Shown: piece by piece, positions 1-11,500 of the stretch
How the letters are laid out: every line of letters begins with the position of its first letter
Position numbering within the stretch: position 1 is the first letter of the stretch
NCBI GenBank assembly: GCA_043826505.1
Contig: JBDRQC010000004.1
Location: 524,974-588,973, forward strand
Direction of reading: 5' to 3'
Length of the DNA stretch: 64,000 bases
Origin: Chrysiogenia bacterium
GTDB taxonomy: Bacteria > Acidobacteriota > Aminicenantia > UBA2199
Notes under the pieces: model-generated
Database searches by the model: none
Told to the model about the DNA's origin: nothing
What the model saw: the letters and a program-made list of their open reading frames with translations, nothing else
Program-made: the position numbers and the translations under genes

Positions 1-83
1 CACCAGAAGATTTTCAATTATTTCCAAACCGAGACGGAAAACACGGACGACTAAGCAGCGCTTTTCTCTTTCTAAAATAAAAT

Positions 84-497
84 TTATTTCTTGACCAGGA
101 AATATCCCAGCAGCCATTGCCCCGGCATGGTGACCTTGATGCGAAAATACTCCTTGTCCGTCATGATTTTTTTCTCCACAAAAAAAGCAGAACCGGTACG
201 CTTACCCCTCCTGGCCTTGACGATGGCCAGGTCCTCGAACAGCAGTTCCTTCCGGGCATTCTGGACGGCAAAGAAGGGCTGCCCGTCCTTGATGGCCAAA
301 ACCAGCCAGTAATCCCCGGCGGGGTATTCCGTGCCGGCATGAATGAACGCCTCGGGGAAACGGACCCTCTTGAGATCCTTGCCCTGAATCGGGGCCGGGG
401 GCTGCTCCTGGTCCTGGACGGTGACCTGTTCCTGCTCCTGGCCCAGGAGCGCAATGGAAACCAGCGCCAATATGGCCAAAAAGATTGTTTTTTTCAT
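84..497 (-). CDS. hypothetical secreted protein
   Basis: ORF 84..593; likely start at MKKTIFLAILALVSIALLG (signal peptide), ATG at 495-497. Confidence 0.5.
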   Translation of the reverse strand: MKKTIFLAILALVSIALLGQEQEQVTVQDQEQPPAPIQGKDLKRVRFPEAFIHAGTEYPAGDYWLVLAIKDGQPFFAVQNARKELLFEDLAIVKARRGKRTGSAFFVEKKIMTDKEYFRIKVTMPGQWLLGYFLVKK

Positions 498-629
498 CGG
501 TCTCTCTCCTGCCAGAATATTATAAGGAAATCGCCATTCCATTGTCAAGGTCGGGGGATGTTTTGCGGAGGAAATAGAAAAGGGCCAGGTCACAGGACCT
601 GGCCCTTGCAGTTGCAGAGCTATCGGGAA

Positions 630-1808
630 TTAAAAGATATAGCGGAAACCCAGCAGCAGTTTGTGGTGATTTTCAAACGGACGGTCCTCAGTGATCACCG
701 GGGCGCGCAATTCGCCGAAGATCGAACCGATCGAATCGTCGGAGCGGAAGAGGTTGACCCCCAGTTCACCGACCAGGTCGATGCCGCCCTTGCGACCAAC
801 CCGTTCCTTGGTGCTGAAACCCAGACCGCCGGCCACGTAAGCCGGTCCGGCGTGCAGGTTCAGCAGGGCGTTGCCCATGAAGAAAGACTTCCAGGGATCG
901 CCCTTGACCGGAATGCCGCCGCCCAGAGAAAGGATAAAATCCAACTTGTCGAACACGAGATTGTACAAAATACCGGCCCGGGCCCAGAACATGCCCGTGT
1001 AGGTTCCCTTTAAAAGTCCGGGACCGCCCTCAATCAGGAAATGAAGCGGATTCCTCTTTTCAACTATCGGAGCCGCGACCGGAGCGGGTTCAAGCACCTT
1101 GACCATGGCTTCGCAAGGATTGGTCGATTTCATGGCATACTGGCCTTCAACGACCGCGATAACCTGGTACTCGCCGACATTGTCCAGGGTGAGCTCCTCC
1201 GAACAGTTCTCGGGGGTAAGTTCCATGGTCTTGATGACCGCGCCGGCGGCATCGGTGACCGTGACCGTGGTTTTTACGGCATTCTCCGATCCGCACATAT
1301 CGATCTTGATCGCATCACCGAGCACGACTTCGGCCGGGGAAACATTCAGAACGCAAACCGGTGCCGGGACTTCGGTCATATTTTTGAGCGAGATGTTGCC
1401 GCAGATCTTGGGAACAATGAACTCATAGAGCTTTCCGTCCCTGAAAATGGTGAAATTGTAGGCGACGATCGGCTTTTTCCCGGCCCAGACCACATCTTTC
1501 TTGACCTGGACCTTTCTGCCTTTCTTGAACAGCATCCATTGCAGGCCGTCGCCGGGGTTCAATTCCACGGTTTGGACATCGGCCTTTTGGATCTGTTCGA
1601 GAAAAGCGAATACCAGGTCGCCATTGCCGGCTTCTTCAAAGCCCATCTTGACTTCACCGGCCTTGTCCAGGGCGATGATCTTCAGGTCGGCAGGTTGCAG
1701 GTCACGGCTTTTATAGAACGGGTGCTGCCCCAGCCGGCTGACTTTTTCAACAGCCTGAACGCTTAATAACAAACAAAAAATAAGCATTAAAAAAATAATT
1801 TTTTTCAT
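630..1808 (-). CDS. outer-membrane beta-barrel-like protein (hypothetical)
   Basis: N-terminal signal peptide MKKIIFLMLIFCLLLSVQA; C-terminus ends ...LLLGFRYIF (aromatic terminal residue typical of OMPs). Confidence 0.5.
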   Translation of the reverse strand: MKKIIFLMLIFCLLLSVQAVEKVSRLGQHPFYKSRDLQPADLKIIALDKAGEVKMGFEEAGNGDLVFAFLEQIQKADVQTVELNPGDGLQWMLFKKGRKVQVKKDVVWAGKKPIVAYNFTIFRDGKLYEFIVPKICGNISLKNMTEVPAPVCVLNVSPAEVVLGDAIKIDMCGSENAVKTTVTVTDAAGAVIKTMELTPENCSEELTLDNVGEYQVIAVVEGQYAMKSTNPCEAMVKVLEPAPVAAPIVEKRNPLHFLIEGGPGLLKGTYTGMFWARAGILYNLVFDKLDFILSLGGGIPVKGDPWKSFFMGNALLNLHAGPAYVAGGLGFSTKERVGRKGGIDLVGELGVNLFRSDDSIGSIFGELRAPVITEDRPFENHHKLLLGFRYIF

Positions 1809-1959
1809 GCGCGACCCTCCCGAATCGGTGAAATTTATTTGCAGTCTATTTCATATAACATTCAAAATAAAAAGTCAAGTGAAAAAACCACTTTTCATTT
1901 ATACATGGGCACTCAAGGCGGGAAATCAAGAAATTGTTTTTAACCCGCGGCCCTGCGGA

Positions 1960-2490
1960 CTATTTTTCGATACCGGTCCGGGCCTGGACATTTTTCTGAA
2001 AATAGTGGCGGATCTCCTTCATCTCGGTCACCAGGTCGGCGCGGTCAAGGATGGCCTGGGGCGCGTAACGCCCGGTCAGCACCAGCTCCACATTTGCCGG
2101 TTTTCGTTCCATGAGCTGCAGCACCGGTTCAATGGCCACGATCTTGAAATGCAGAAGGGTGTTGATCTCGTCCAGGACAACGATCCGGTACTCGCCTGCG
2201 GCCAGGGCGGCGCCGGCCGCAGCCAACCCCGCCTCGGCCGCCTTGACCTCGACGGCGCTGACGCCATTTTGCATATGATGAAATTCCGGCAAGCCGAACT
2301 GCTCGATGGTGATCAGATCGGCCAGGCGCTCACGCACGGCCAGCAGTTCGCCGTATTCTCCCTTTTTTAAAAACTGGGCCATAAAGGTCTTCATGCCCCG
2401 CCCGGCCGCACGCAGGGCCAGTCCCAGGGCCGCCGTGGTCTTGCCCTTGCCGTTGCCGGTATAGACCTGGATTTGGCCCTGGAAATACAT
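1960..2490 (-). CDS. cobO: cob(I)yrinic acid a,c-diamide (corrinoid) adenosyltransferase, CobA/CobO/BtuR family
   Basis: P-loop YTGNGKGKTTAALGLALRAAG and overall length about 176 aa match CobA-type ATP:corrinoid adenosyltransferases. Confidence 0.8.
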   Translation of the reverse strand: MYFQGQIQVYTGNGKGKTTAALGLALRAAGRGMKTFMAQFLKKGEYGELLAVRERLADLITIEQFGLPEFHHMQNGVSAVEVKAAEAGLAAAGAALAAGEYRIVVLDEINTLLHFKIVAIEPVLQLMERKPANVELVLTGRYAPQAILDRADLVTEMKEIRHYFQKNVQARTGIEK

Positions 2491-2496
2491 GCCGCC

Positions 2497-5400
2497 TCAA
2501 GCCATCTTCATGGAATACAGCTTGGAGACGCCGGGCTCGTCCATGCTGATGCCGTAGATGTAATCGGCTTCCTCCATGGTTTTGAAATTGTGGGTGATGA
2601 TGACGAACTGGGTTTTGCTCTTCAACTGGTGCAGGAATTTCAGGAAACGCTGGATGTTGGCCTCGTCCAGCGAGGCGTCGACCTCGTCAAAAACGCAAAA
2701 AGGCGACGGCTTGTACTCGAACAGTGAGAACAGGAAAGCCAGCGAGGTGAGCGTTTTTTCACCGCCGGAAAGCAGGCGCATGTTCTGCAGCCTTTTGCCC
2801 GGGGGCTGGACCTGGATCTCCAGACCGGTCTCCAGCACATTTTCGCTGTCGGTCAAGAGCAGTTCCGCCTCGCCGCCCTCGAAAAGGATCTTGAAATTCT
2901 TGACGAAATTATCCTTGATGGCAGCGAAGGCTTGCAGGAAACTTTCCCGGGATTCGCTGTCGATGCGGGCGATGGCGGCATTCATGTCGGTAATGGATCT
3001 GACGATATCCTCTTTCTGGCCGAGCAGGAAATTGTAGTCTTTATCCAGGATCTCGTACTCCGCTTCGGCTGAGAAGTTCAGGCGGTCGCTTTCACGCATG
3101 CGGTTCAGCTTATGCACCATATCGTTGAATTGGGCGTCAAGCTGAGCGGTTTCAACCTGCATCATTTCGGGATCGGCCTCGATGTCCTTCAGTTCCATTC
3201 CCAGTTCCTGGCCGGCGATCTCCTCAAGCTGGAAGAGATCCTTTTTCACCGCGGCCAGCTTGATCTCGCTTTCCTTCTTGTTTTCGCGCCACTCTTCCAG
3301 GACCTTTCTTTTGGCGGTCAGTTCCGCGGAAATTTTCTTTGTCTGCCCGTTCGCTTCGTCCAAGGCCAGCTCCTCTCTTTTTAATGATTTTTCCAGGTCG
3401 GACTTTTCCTTTTCCAAGGCCTTGGCGCTGACCTTGATCTCCTTGATCTTGGCGGTGCTGGCGGCGATCTCCATTTCCAGGCGGTTTTTTTCTTCCTCGG
3501 CGTTAAGGATCTGCTGCCGGCGTTTTTCGTTCCTGCCCTGCGCTTCCTGCAGCGATTTTTTTCGGGAATTGATCTTTTCGCGGATCAGGTTCAAGGCGTT
3601 GTCCCTGTGGATTTTTTCCTTTTCCCGGTCATTGATCTGCTGCAGCAATTTTTCATTTTCCCGGCCGGAGCTTTCTTTTTCGCGTTCCAGCGTTTCATTT
3701 TGTTTGTCCAGATCGGCTTTTTTCGTCTCCAACTCGGTCAGGCGCTCATTGAGTTTTCCGGCTTCAGCGGCCAGGTCCTTGATTTCGGCGGTGGTGATCT
3801 CGATGCGCTTCAGACCCAGGTCGCGGTTTTTCTTCAGCGCCTCCAGGCGTGAGCGCAGGACGATGCCTTCCTCTTTGTGAGTGCTTAAGGCAGTTTCGGC
3901 TTTTTCCCGCTGCCCGACTTTTTCTTCTTTCTGCCGGGAAACTTTTTCGAGGTTCGCCCTGATCCCGACCAGCCCTTCCTGCAAAAGGGCTATTTTTTTA
4001 TCGATGGCCTTGATCTCGTCCAGCACCTCCAGAATTCCCCGGTCGCGGTTCTTGATCAATACCCCATTGCTGCCGATCACTTCTCCTTTTTCCGTGACAA
4101 TGTCAACGCCGTATTTGGTGTAGATGGCCAAGCCGCTCTTCAGCGAATCCACCAGCACCCCGTCACGGAAATATTTTTTCAGTTCCTTGTCTTCCAATTC
4201 AAACAGGTTTTTTACGAAATTCCTGAATCCGGGCGCGGCGCGGACGGCGGCGGGCAATTCCGCGGCAGCGGAGCGCTTGAGAAAAGCCTTGCGCATTTCA
4301 GGTTGCAGGGCGACCTCGCTGTCGGTCAATATCGGCGCATCCAGCTCATCGAAATAAAAACTCTCCAAAACGGAGTGGATATTTTTGGGCGCCACCAGCA
4401 GTTCCTGCAGGAAACCGTTGTTTTTTTCGGAGCAGGGCCTGTCCTGGGCACCGGTGATCTTCTGCTTGATCTCCAGATATTTTTCCTTCTGGCGGCCGAG
4501 ATTGGCGATCTCGTTTGTGGTTTCGCGCAGCTGTTTTTCTATGGCTTCGTCTTCGGCTTGTATTTTCCTGAATGCCGCGGCTGCTTGCTCAGATTCGTTT
4601 ACTTCAACGCGCAAGGTTTCGGTCAAAGCTTGCACCGCGCTTTCGATCTGGGCGATCTCCGGGTTCCGGCCCTGGTTCTCGAGTTCACGGATAAGCTGTT
4701 TGCGGTTGCCGATATCCGCCTCGAGCCGCATCAGGGTTTTTTCCAACTGCAGGGATTCGTTGCGGTTGCGGGAGATCTCCACCTGCAGGTTGAACATCGA
4801 TTTTTTCAGGTGGCCATCCTGAACATTCCGCTCGGAAACGGTTTTTTTCAGGTCGTTGATGGCCAGGTCCAATTCGCGGTTGCCGCCGTCCTGCTCAGCC
4901 AGTTGCCGGTCCAATTCGCTCATTTCCGCGGCCAGGGTTTTGTCCTGGCTATCGATCTCCTTGATCTCGGCCTGGCTTTCCGCCACAATTTTCTGCAATT
5001 CGAGCATTCTCTGCTTGAGGAATTCCTGGCGCTGCTGCGATTTTTCAATTTCCTTGCTGCCTTCCAGGAGACGATTGTTGCGGTCGAAAATAAACTGCTG
5101 GTTGTCCTTCAACCCGTGGTCCAGCTTCCAGCGCTTCGTTTCCAGGTCGAGCAGGCTCCTGTCAAAATCGGTGATCTCCCTGACCAGGGCCGCCTCGCCG
5201 TTCAGGAACTCCATGATCTTCCCACCCTGCAGGTCAAACTCATCCTTGAAGGTCAGGTACTTTTTTCTCAAAAGGGCTTTCAGATGATCGTTCCTGGTGT
5301 TTTTAATTTCGCGGTAGCGGCGGGCGAAATGCACCTGGTTTTTCAGTTCGCGCAAGCGGTTGCTTTTTTCCTGCAAAACCAGGTCCAGGCTGTCCAGGTT

Positions 5401-5943
5401 CTGCTGGGCGATTATCAGTTTGCCGGCGGTCTCTTTTTTCCTTTCCAGGTATTGGGCGATGCCCGCCGCTTCTTCGATCAGGATGCGCCTTTCACTGGGC
5501 TTGAGGTTGACCATTTTTTCGATGCTGCCCTGCTCGAAAATGAAGTAATTGCGTTCACCGATGCCCAGGTCGAACAATGTGTCCTGGACATCCTTGTTGC
5601 GGCAGAACTTTTCGTTCAGGATGTATTTTCCTTCGCCGCTGCGGAAGAAGCGCCGGGCGACGTAGGTTTCATTTTCGTTGTTGGCGAAATAGGCTCCGAC
5701 CTCGGTCATGCCCAGGGGCTTTTTCGAGGCACTGCCGGTGAAAATGAGGTCCTCATTGTTTTCGCCGCGCAGGTTCTTGATGCGCTGCTCGCCCAGGACC
5801 CAGAGCAGGGCGTCGACCAGGTTGCTCTTGCCGCAGCCGTTGGGGCCGATCATGGCCGTGATGCCCTGGTGGAACTGGATTACCGTTTTTTCCGGAAACG
5901 ATTTAAAGCCGTGCAATTCGAGTTTTTTCAGATAGATGCTCAT
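2497..5943 (-). CDS. smc: chromosome segregation protein SMC
   Basis: N-term IKLELHGFKSF...IGPNGCGKSN Walker A, long coiled coils, C-term LSGGEKTLTSLAFLFS...VFDEVDASLD signature/Walker B; real start probably MSIYLKK (ORF extends to 5979). Confidence 0.9.
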   Translation of the reverse strand: MSIYLKKLELHGFKSFPEKTVIQFHQGITAMIGPNGCGKSNLVDALLWVLGEQRIKNLRGENNEDLIFTGSASKKPLGMTEVGAYFANNENETYVARRFFRSGEGKYILNEKFCRNKDVQDTLFDLGIGERNYFIFEQGSIEKMVNLKPSERRILIEEAAGIAQYLERKKETAGKLIIAQQNLDSLDLVLQEKSNRLRELKNQVHFARRYREIKNTRNDHLKALLRKKYLTFKDEFDLQGGKIMEFLNGEAALVREITDFDRSLLDLETKRWKLDHGLKDNQQFIFDRNNRLLEGSKEIEKSQQRQEFLKQRMLELQKIVAESQAEIKEIDSQDKTLAAEMSELDRQLAEQDGGNRELDLAINDLKKTVSERNVQDGHLKKSMFNLQVEISRNRNESLQLEKTLMRLEADIGNRKQLIRELENQGRNPEIAQIESAVQALTETLRVEVNESEQAAAAFRKIQAEDEAIEKQLRETTNEIANLGRQKEKYLEIKQKITGAQDRPCSEKNNGFLQELLVAPKNIHSVLESFYFDELDAPILTDSEVALQPEMRKAFLKRSAAAELPAAVRAAPGFRNFVKNLFELEDKELKKYFRDGVLVDSLKSGLAIYTKYGVDIVTEKGEVIGSNGVLIKNRDRGILEVLDEIKAIDKKIALLQEGLVGIRANLEKVSRQKEEKVGQREKAETALSTHKEEGIVLRSRLEALKKNRDLGLKRIEITTAEIKDLAAEAGKLNERLTELETKKADLDKQNETLEREKESSGRENEKLLQQINDREKEKIHRDNALNLIREKINSRKKSLQEAQGRNEKRRQQILNAEEEKNRLEMEIAASTAKIKEIKVSAKALEKEKSDLEKSLKREELALDEANGQTKKISAELTAKRKVLEEWRENKKESEIKLAAVKKDLFQLEEIAGQELGMELKDIEADPEMMQVETAQLDAQFNDMVHKLNRMRESDRLNFSAEAEYEILDKDYNFLLGQKEDIVRSITDMNAAIARIDSESRESFLQAFAAIKDNFVKNFKILFEGGEAELLLTDSENVLETGLEIQVQPPGKRLQNMRLLSGGEKTLTSLAFLFSLFEYKPSPFCVFDEVDASLDEANIQRFLKFLHQLKSKTQFVIITHNFKTMEEADYIYGISMDEPGVSKLYSMKMA

Positions 5944-6130
5944 GATTCCGTCCGGGCCGGGCTTGCCGGCCCCTACCAAGATACCACAACTCTGGCCGTT
6001 TGTAAATTTCCCCGATCGGGAGGATCGGGCCCATTCAGGACAAGTTTTTCAGGTAACCTGCCTGGCTTGGCTAATTAAACCAGGATGACAAAATCCCCTT
6101 TATGCCTTAAAATGATTCAGGAGAATTGCC

Positions 6131-7876
6131 ATGTTCCGTATCCGCAAAATCTATGATCGCCATACGCCGAGCAATCGCAAGGCCCTGGACCAGGCACTGG
6201 CCATCCTGCGCAGCCATTTCACGGCCGTGAAACCGGAAAAGATCCACGAGCTCAACTCCAGGATCGACAACCCCCTCAAGTACAAGTTTCAAACGTTGCT
6301 TTTTGTGGCCGAAGACGATAAAAGCAACGTCAAGGGATTCGCCATCCTGCTGGCCGCCCCGGACCTCAAATTCGCCTTCCTGGATTTCATCGCCACCCGC
6401 AAGGGCATCCTGGCCGGCGGCATCGGCAGCGCCATTTACGAGCGCGTCCGCGAAGAGGCTGAGGAGATGGGGGCCGTGGGCCTGTTTTTCGAATGCCTCC
6501 CGGACGATGCCGGTCTATGCCAGCTGTCCCACTTGCTGAAGGACAATGCGGCCCGCTTGCGCTTCTACGAAAAATTCGGCGCCCGGCCCATCCAGGGAAC
6601 AAAATACGAAACGCCGGTAAAGCCGGGAGATGTCTGCCCTCCCTATCTCGTCTTCGATGATCTGGGCCACGGCATCCCCCTGGCCCGAGACACTGCCAAA
6701 ACGATCGTGAGAGCCATTCTGCAGCGCCTGTACGGCAGTTACTGCTCTGCCGAGTATATCCAGATGGTGGTGGATTCCTTCCGCGACGACCCGGTGCAAC
6801 TCAGGCCGCCGCGCTATTCCAAAAAGAGTCCCGTCAGTGTCGAAACGGGGCTGCGTCTTAAAACCCAGCGGATCATGCTGGTGGTCAGCGAAGGCCATCG
6901 CATCCACCACATCAGGGAGCGCGGCTACGTGGAGTCGCCGGTGCGCATTGATTCCATACTGGCGGAGATCGATAAAACAGACTTTTTCGTCCGCGTGCCG
7001 ACCGAGCAATACCAGGAGAAATTCATCCGCGATATTCACAGCGGCCATCTCGTGGGCTTCATAAAAAAGGTCAGCAGGGAAATCGATCCGGCGAGTTCCC
7101 TGTACCCCTATGTATTCCCCGTACGTCATCACTCCGAGCGTCCGCCCAGGGAGTTCTGGGTAACGGCCGGCTACTATTGCATCGACACCTTCACCCCCTT
7201 GAGTCGCTACACATACCAGGCGGCTCGCCGGGCCGTGAACTGCGCGCTCACGGGGGCGGACCAGCTGCTGCAAGGAGAACCGTTGGCCTATGCGCTGGTG
7301 CGGCCGCCCGGCCACCATGCCGAAAGCCGCGTCTTCGGGGGTTTTTGCTATTTCAACTCCGCCGCCGTGGCCGCCCAATACCTGTCCCGGTTCAGCAGGG
7401 TCGCCATGCTGGACCTGGACTACCACCACGGCAACGGCCAGCAGGAGATCTTCTACCGGCGCAAGGACGTCCTGACCGTTTCACTTCACGGTGATCCTTC
7501 GTTCGCCTATCCGTACTTCAGCGGTTTCCGCAAGGAAAGGGGCGAGGGGGAGGGACTGGGATACAACCTCAACATTCCCTTGCCGGAAAACCTGAGCGGT
7601 CCCGAACACCGCATGGCGCTGAAAAAAGCCCTGAAGCGGGTAGCGGATTTCCGGCCCGAATTCCTGGTGATTCCCTTTGGCGCTGATACGGCCAAGGGCG
7701 ATCCCACCGGCACCTGGAGCTTGAAAGCGGCCGACTTTCATGCCATGGGCATGATGATCGGCATCATCCGCCTGCCCAAACTGGTGGTCCAGGAAGGCGG
7801 CTACCGCACCCGGCAATTGGGAGTCAACGTACTGGCTTTTCTAAAGGGTCTGCTGCAGGGCCGCAACGGGATTTAG
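6131..7876 (+). CDS. fusion protein: N-terminal GNAT-like acetyltransferase-fold domain plus C-terminal histone deacetylase/acetoin-utilisation (AcuC/HDAC) family domain
   Basis: N-term ...KGFAILLAAPDLKFAFLDFIATRKGILAGGIGSAIYERV (GNAT motif A-like); C-term RPPGHHAE...FCYFNSAAVAA...DLDYHHGNGQQEIF...IPFGADTAKGDP (HDAC catalytic motifs). Confidence 0.75.
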   Translation: MFRIRKIYDRHTPSNRKALDQALAILRSHFTAVKPEKIHELNSRIDNPLKYKFQTLLFVAEDDKSNVKGFAILLAAPDLKFAFLDFIATRKGILAGGIGSAIYERVREEAEEMGAVGLFFECLPDDAGLCQLSHLLKDNAARLRFYEKFGARPIQGTKYETPVKPGDVCPPYLVFDDLGHGIPLARDTAKTIVRAILQRLYGSYCSAEYIQMVVDSFRDDPVQLRPPRYSKKSPVSVETGLRLKTQRIMLVVSEGHRIHHIRERGYVESPVRIDSILAEIDKTDFFVRVPTEQYQEKFIRDIHSGHLVGFIKKVSREIDPASSLYPYVFPVRHHSERPPREFWVTAGYYCIDTFTPLSRYTYQAARRAVNCALTGADQLLQGEPLAYALVRPPGHHAESRVFGGFCYFNSAAVAAQYLSRFSRVAMLDLDYHHGNGQQEIFYRRKDVLTVSLHGDPSFAYPYFSGFRKERGEGEGLGYNLNIPLPENLSGPEHRMALKKALKRVADFRPEFLVIPFGADTAKGDPTGTWSLKAADFHAMGMMIGIIRLPKLVVQEGGYRTRQLGVNVLAFLKGLLQGRNGI

Positions 7877-7967
7877 CACGAAGCCCAAGGCCAAAAGTAT
7901 TTTTTAATTTCCCCGAAAAATCACCTCAGCAAAAGGCTAAACAATAACAGCGGGAAAATGATTGTTG

Positions 7968-8348
7968 TCAGCCGGCTTTTTTCTCCGGGAGCAGGAAATA
8001 TCCGAAGCCGACGGTGAAAAAGAAGTAGACGAAAACAACGCCCCAGCCGAGCATATTCATGCCGCCATTGAGCTGGATCAGCAGCATGGCAACCAGGGCA
8101 ACGGCGTCATAAACGAACAGGTTCAGGATGATGGCCCGGCGCAGCACCGATGCCTCGCCGTTCCTGGCGAACCAGGCCAGCATCAGATTGCCCGTAAGCG
8201 CCGCGCCGTACTCCCTGGCGGTGATGGCCGCCCCGGGACCGAACGAACTGCCCAGCAGGTTCAGCAACGGACCGGGAAAGAACAGCAGCAGCGGCGCGAA
8301 ACCGAGGCAGACCAACGCCTTGATGATCATGAGTGTTTTGAACTTCAT
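7968..8348 (-). CDS. small integral membrane protein (hypothetical)
   Basis: 126 aa, 3-4 predicted TM helices, no recognisable motif. Confidence 0.5.
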   Translation of the reverse strand: MKFKTLMIIKALVCLGFAPLLLFFPGPLLNLLGSSFGPGAAITAREYGAALTGNLMLAWFARNGEASVLRRAIILNLFVYDAVALVAMLLIQLNGGMNMLGWGVVFVYFFFTVGFGYFLLPEKKAG

Positions 8349-8571
8349 GCTAACCCTCCTTATAAAAACTAAATTTTTTTGCTCTGCGTGGAGCAGACCA
8401 ACCCCTTTTTTTTCTTTACCACATAGATTCCCCTATTACAAGAGCGAGGTGAGACCAGCACGATTCCTGGCTCCGGAACAGGATCGGTCAGAAAGGCCGG
8501 ATCAGGCAAAACCGGGAACCGGCGGCGGTTTCCTTTAGGTGATCAAACTGCAATTCATTTTCAGCGGCAGG

Positions 8572-11500
8572 TCATTTCACCATTTCCAGAAGCACCGCTA
8601 CCGCTTTTTCCAACTGCTGGTCGCGGCCGGCGGCGACGACCAACGGTTCGTTTTTCACGACAAAATCGGGGACGGTTTCCCGGTTTTCCAGCCAGTGGCC
8701 CTGGCCATCCTGGGCGCTCACCGGGACCATGCCCCACATGGTGGCGCCGTCCTGCAGCCTTTCCCAGCCCGCGAAGCTGCAGGTTCCCGGCGTGGGCATG
8801 CCGATGGTCTTGCCGATGCCGAGCTCCTGGTAGCCGCAGGCGAAGCAGTGGCCGTCGCTGTAATTCGCCTCGTTGAACATGGCCACGGTGGGCCTGGTCC
8901 AGCGGAAGGAGGGCTCATAGCCCAATGAGCGCTTTTCGGTGCGATAGTCGAGGAATTTGCTGCCGCTGAAGAACATGGCCAGATCGGCGACCAGGTCGCC
9001 GCCGCCATTGAAGCGGGTATCGACGACCACACCCTTGCGATCGAGGTATTTGCCCATCATCTGTTCGTAGACATCGCGGTAGGGACCGTCGCCCATGCCT
9101 GGTATGTGCACGTAGCCCAACTGCCCCTGGCTCAGCTTGTCGACCTCCTCCTCGTTCTTCCTGACCCAGCGCTTGTACAGAAGAGCATACTCATCGTTAA
9201 ACTTAATGGGTTTGAGCGAAACCTGCCGCCTGGTTTTCGTCAGTGGATCAAAAACTTGCAGCAGCGTGAACCTGCCGGCCTTGCGGTTCAGGTAAGCGGC
9301 GCTGTCGCGGTCGGCGGCGACCGTCTCGCCGTCGATCTGTTCGATGATCATCCCGGCTTCAATTTTAATGCCTGCCTTGTCAAGGGGACCGCCGCGGATG
9401 ATCTCGGCGATGCGAATTCCGTCACCATTGTAATCGTAATCCATGAATATGCCCAACGAGGCGGTGTCATCACCGTCGCTGCGCTGCGGATTGTATCGGG
9501 CACCGGAATGGGAACTGTTCAACTCGCCCAGCATTTCCGAAAGCAGGTCGGTGAATTCGTAACCGCTGCCAATGCCGGGCAGATACTTCAGGTAGGCGCT
9601 GCGCAGTCCCTGCCAATCGGCGCCGTGAAAGCCAGGCGAATAAAACCCGGTCCGCGTGCGCTGCCATACGTGCTCGAACATGTACTTCCTTTCCGCGGCC
9701 TGGTCCAATTTCATTTCGCCCTTGATCTCAACGGCCTGGCGCTTGCCCTTTTCCAGGTCGATCCTGGAGATCTTGCCGTCGGCGAGCAGGAAGAGGTTCT
9801 TCATCTCCTTGTCCCACTGCAGCCGGCCTCTCTCGGCATCGAGCTGCATCACCATTTTCGCTTCCTTGCTGCGCAGCTTGCTGCTCCACAGGTTGAGCCC
9901 CTTTTCGAAGCTGGCCAGGTAGTAGAGGGTTTCGCCGTCCTTGGAGAGAACAGCATCGTCCAGCGAGGAAGAGTGCAGGGTCAGCCGCGCCTTGCGTTCG
10001 TGCAGGCCGTCCCAGGCGAACGTAAGCGCGGCCGGTTTCTCACCGACGCCAGCCTGCTTGTCCTTCTTGCCCTTCTTGCTTTTGGCCGCGGCCTCCTCCT
10101 TTTCCTTTTTCTCCTTCTCCTCAATCGCCTGCAACAATGCGAAATCCTCCTTGCTCAGGTTGAAGCGCTCCCAGGCCTCGCGGCTGAAGAACATGGAATA
10201 TACATCGGCCTGCCTGTCGCCGCTGTTGGCCAGGCTGCGCAGGCCGTCGCGGGTACTGAACCACAGCATCTGTTTGCCCGCGTTCACCCATTTGGGCCGG
10301 TAATCGCTGTGGCCGCTCTGGGTGAGGTTGATCATTTTGCTTTTGCCGTCGGCCGCGATCAGAACCACATCCCCCACCATAAGTATCGGACAATACTCCA
10401 CCAGGAGCCACTTGCTGTCCGGACTCCAGGAAAAATACTGGTCGCCGTCGGACATGTAGTAGAGCTCGTCCGGAGTGAGCAGGACGCGTGTTTGCCTGCT
10501 GGCCAGGTTGTAGACCGCGAGCGAGGCGCGATTCTGGATGAACGCGACCTCCTTGCCGTCCGGAGAATACTGCGGCTGGTAGTTGTTGTTGCCGTTGCTG
10601 AACAATGGTTCTTCTTTGAGCACCGTGGCTGCGTAAAAGTAAGGCTCCTCCTGGCGTGTTTTTTTGGTTTGATAGATCTGCCATTTGCCCTGGCGTTCGC
10701 TGGCGTAAAGGATGGCTTCGCCATCAGGCGAGAAGCTGGCAAAGCGCTCCTGTTCGGGAGTATCGGTGATGCGCTTGGTGACTCCGCCCTCGACCGCCGA
10801 GACGAATACCTCGCCGCGCACCACATATACGACCTCCTTGCCATTGGCCGACACATCCATCTCCCTGGCATTGCCGCTGATGGCCAGGAACAGGTCGTTG
10901 TTGCGCTTGTCCTCGCTGCGGATGGTCACGGCGACCTGCCGCGGCTGGCCGCCCGGCGACATGGTATAGAGGTCGCCGTCATAACCGAAGCAAAGGGTGC
11001 CGTCACTGCTGCTGCTCAGGAAACGCACCGGGAACTGCTTGAAAGATGTCAGCTGGCGGTTCTGCCGGGGATTTTTCAGCTCGAGTTTATGAACGTTGAA
11101 GTTGCCGCTCTCCTCGCTCAGGTAGCAAATGCTTTGATCTTTATCAGCGAAAACCGGATTGCGGTCCTCGCCCTTGAAGACGGTGATCAGCCGTTGCTCG
11201 CCGCTGCTGCTGTCGTAAAGCCAAATGTCACGGGTTATGGACGAAACGTGGTGCTTGCGATATTCGTTTTCGCCCCCTTTCTTGTCGTGGTATACCATTC
11301 GCCGCCCGTCCCGGCTTACCTGGACGGCTTCGGCAGGAAAGGTCCATACCATGGCGACGCGGCCACCCTTGGCCGGAACGCTGTAGAGTTCAGGCTGCGA
11401 TGCGCTGGGAAACTGGCGGTGGCTGGCCAGGTCCTGGCGCTGAGCGCCGAAAAGCACCGCCTGGTCATCGGCGCTGAATGTGTAGGGGTACTCGTTGCGC

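Noticed and set aside
2576-6078. Long plus-strand ORFs (for example 3182..3880, 4303..6078) antisense to smc
   Set aside because: Low-complexity Ser/Leu/Phe-rich translations of the smc coiled-coil region on the opposite strand; no start context or motifs. Typical antisense artifacts in a GC-rich gene.
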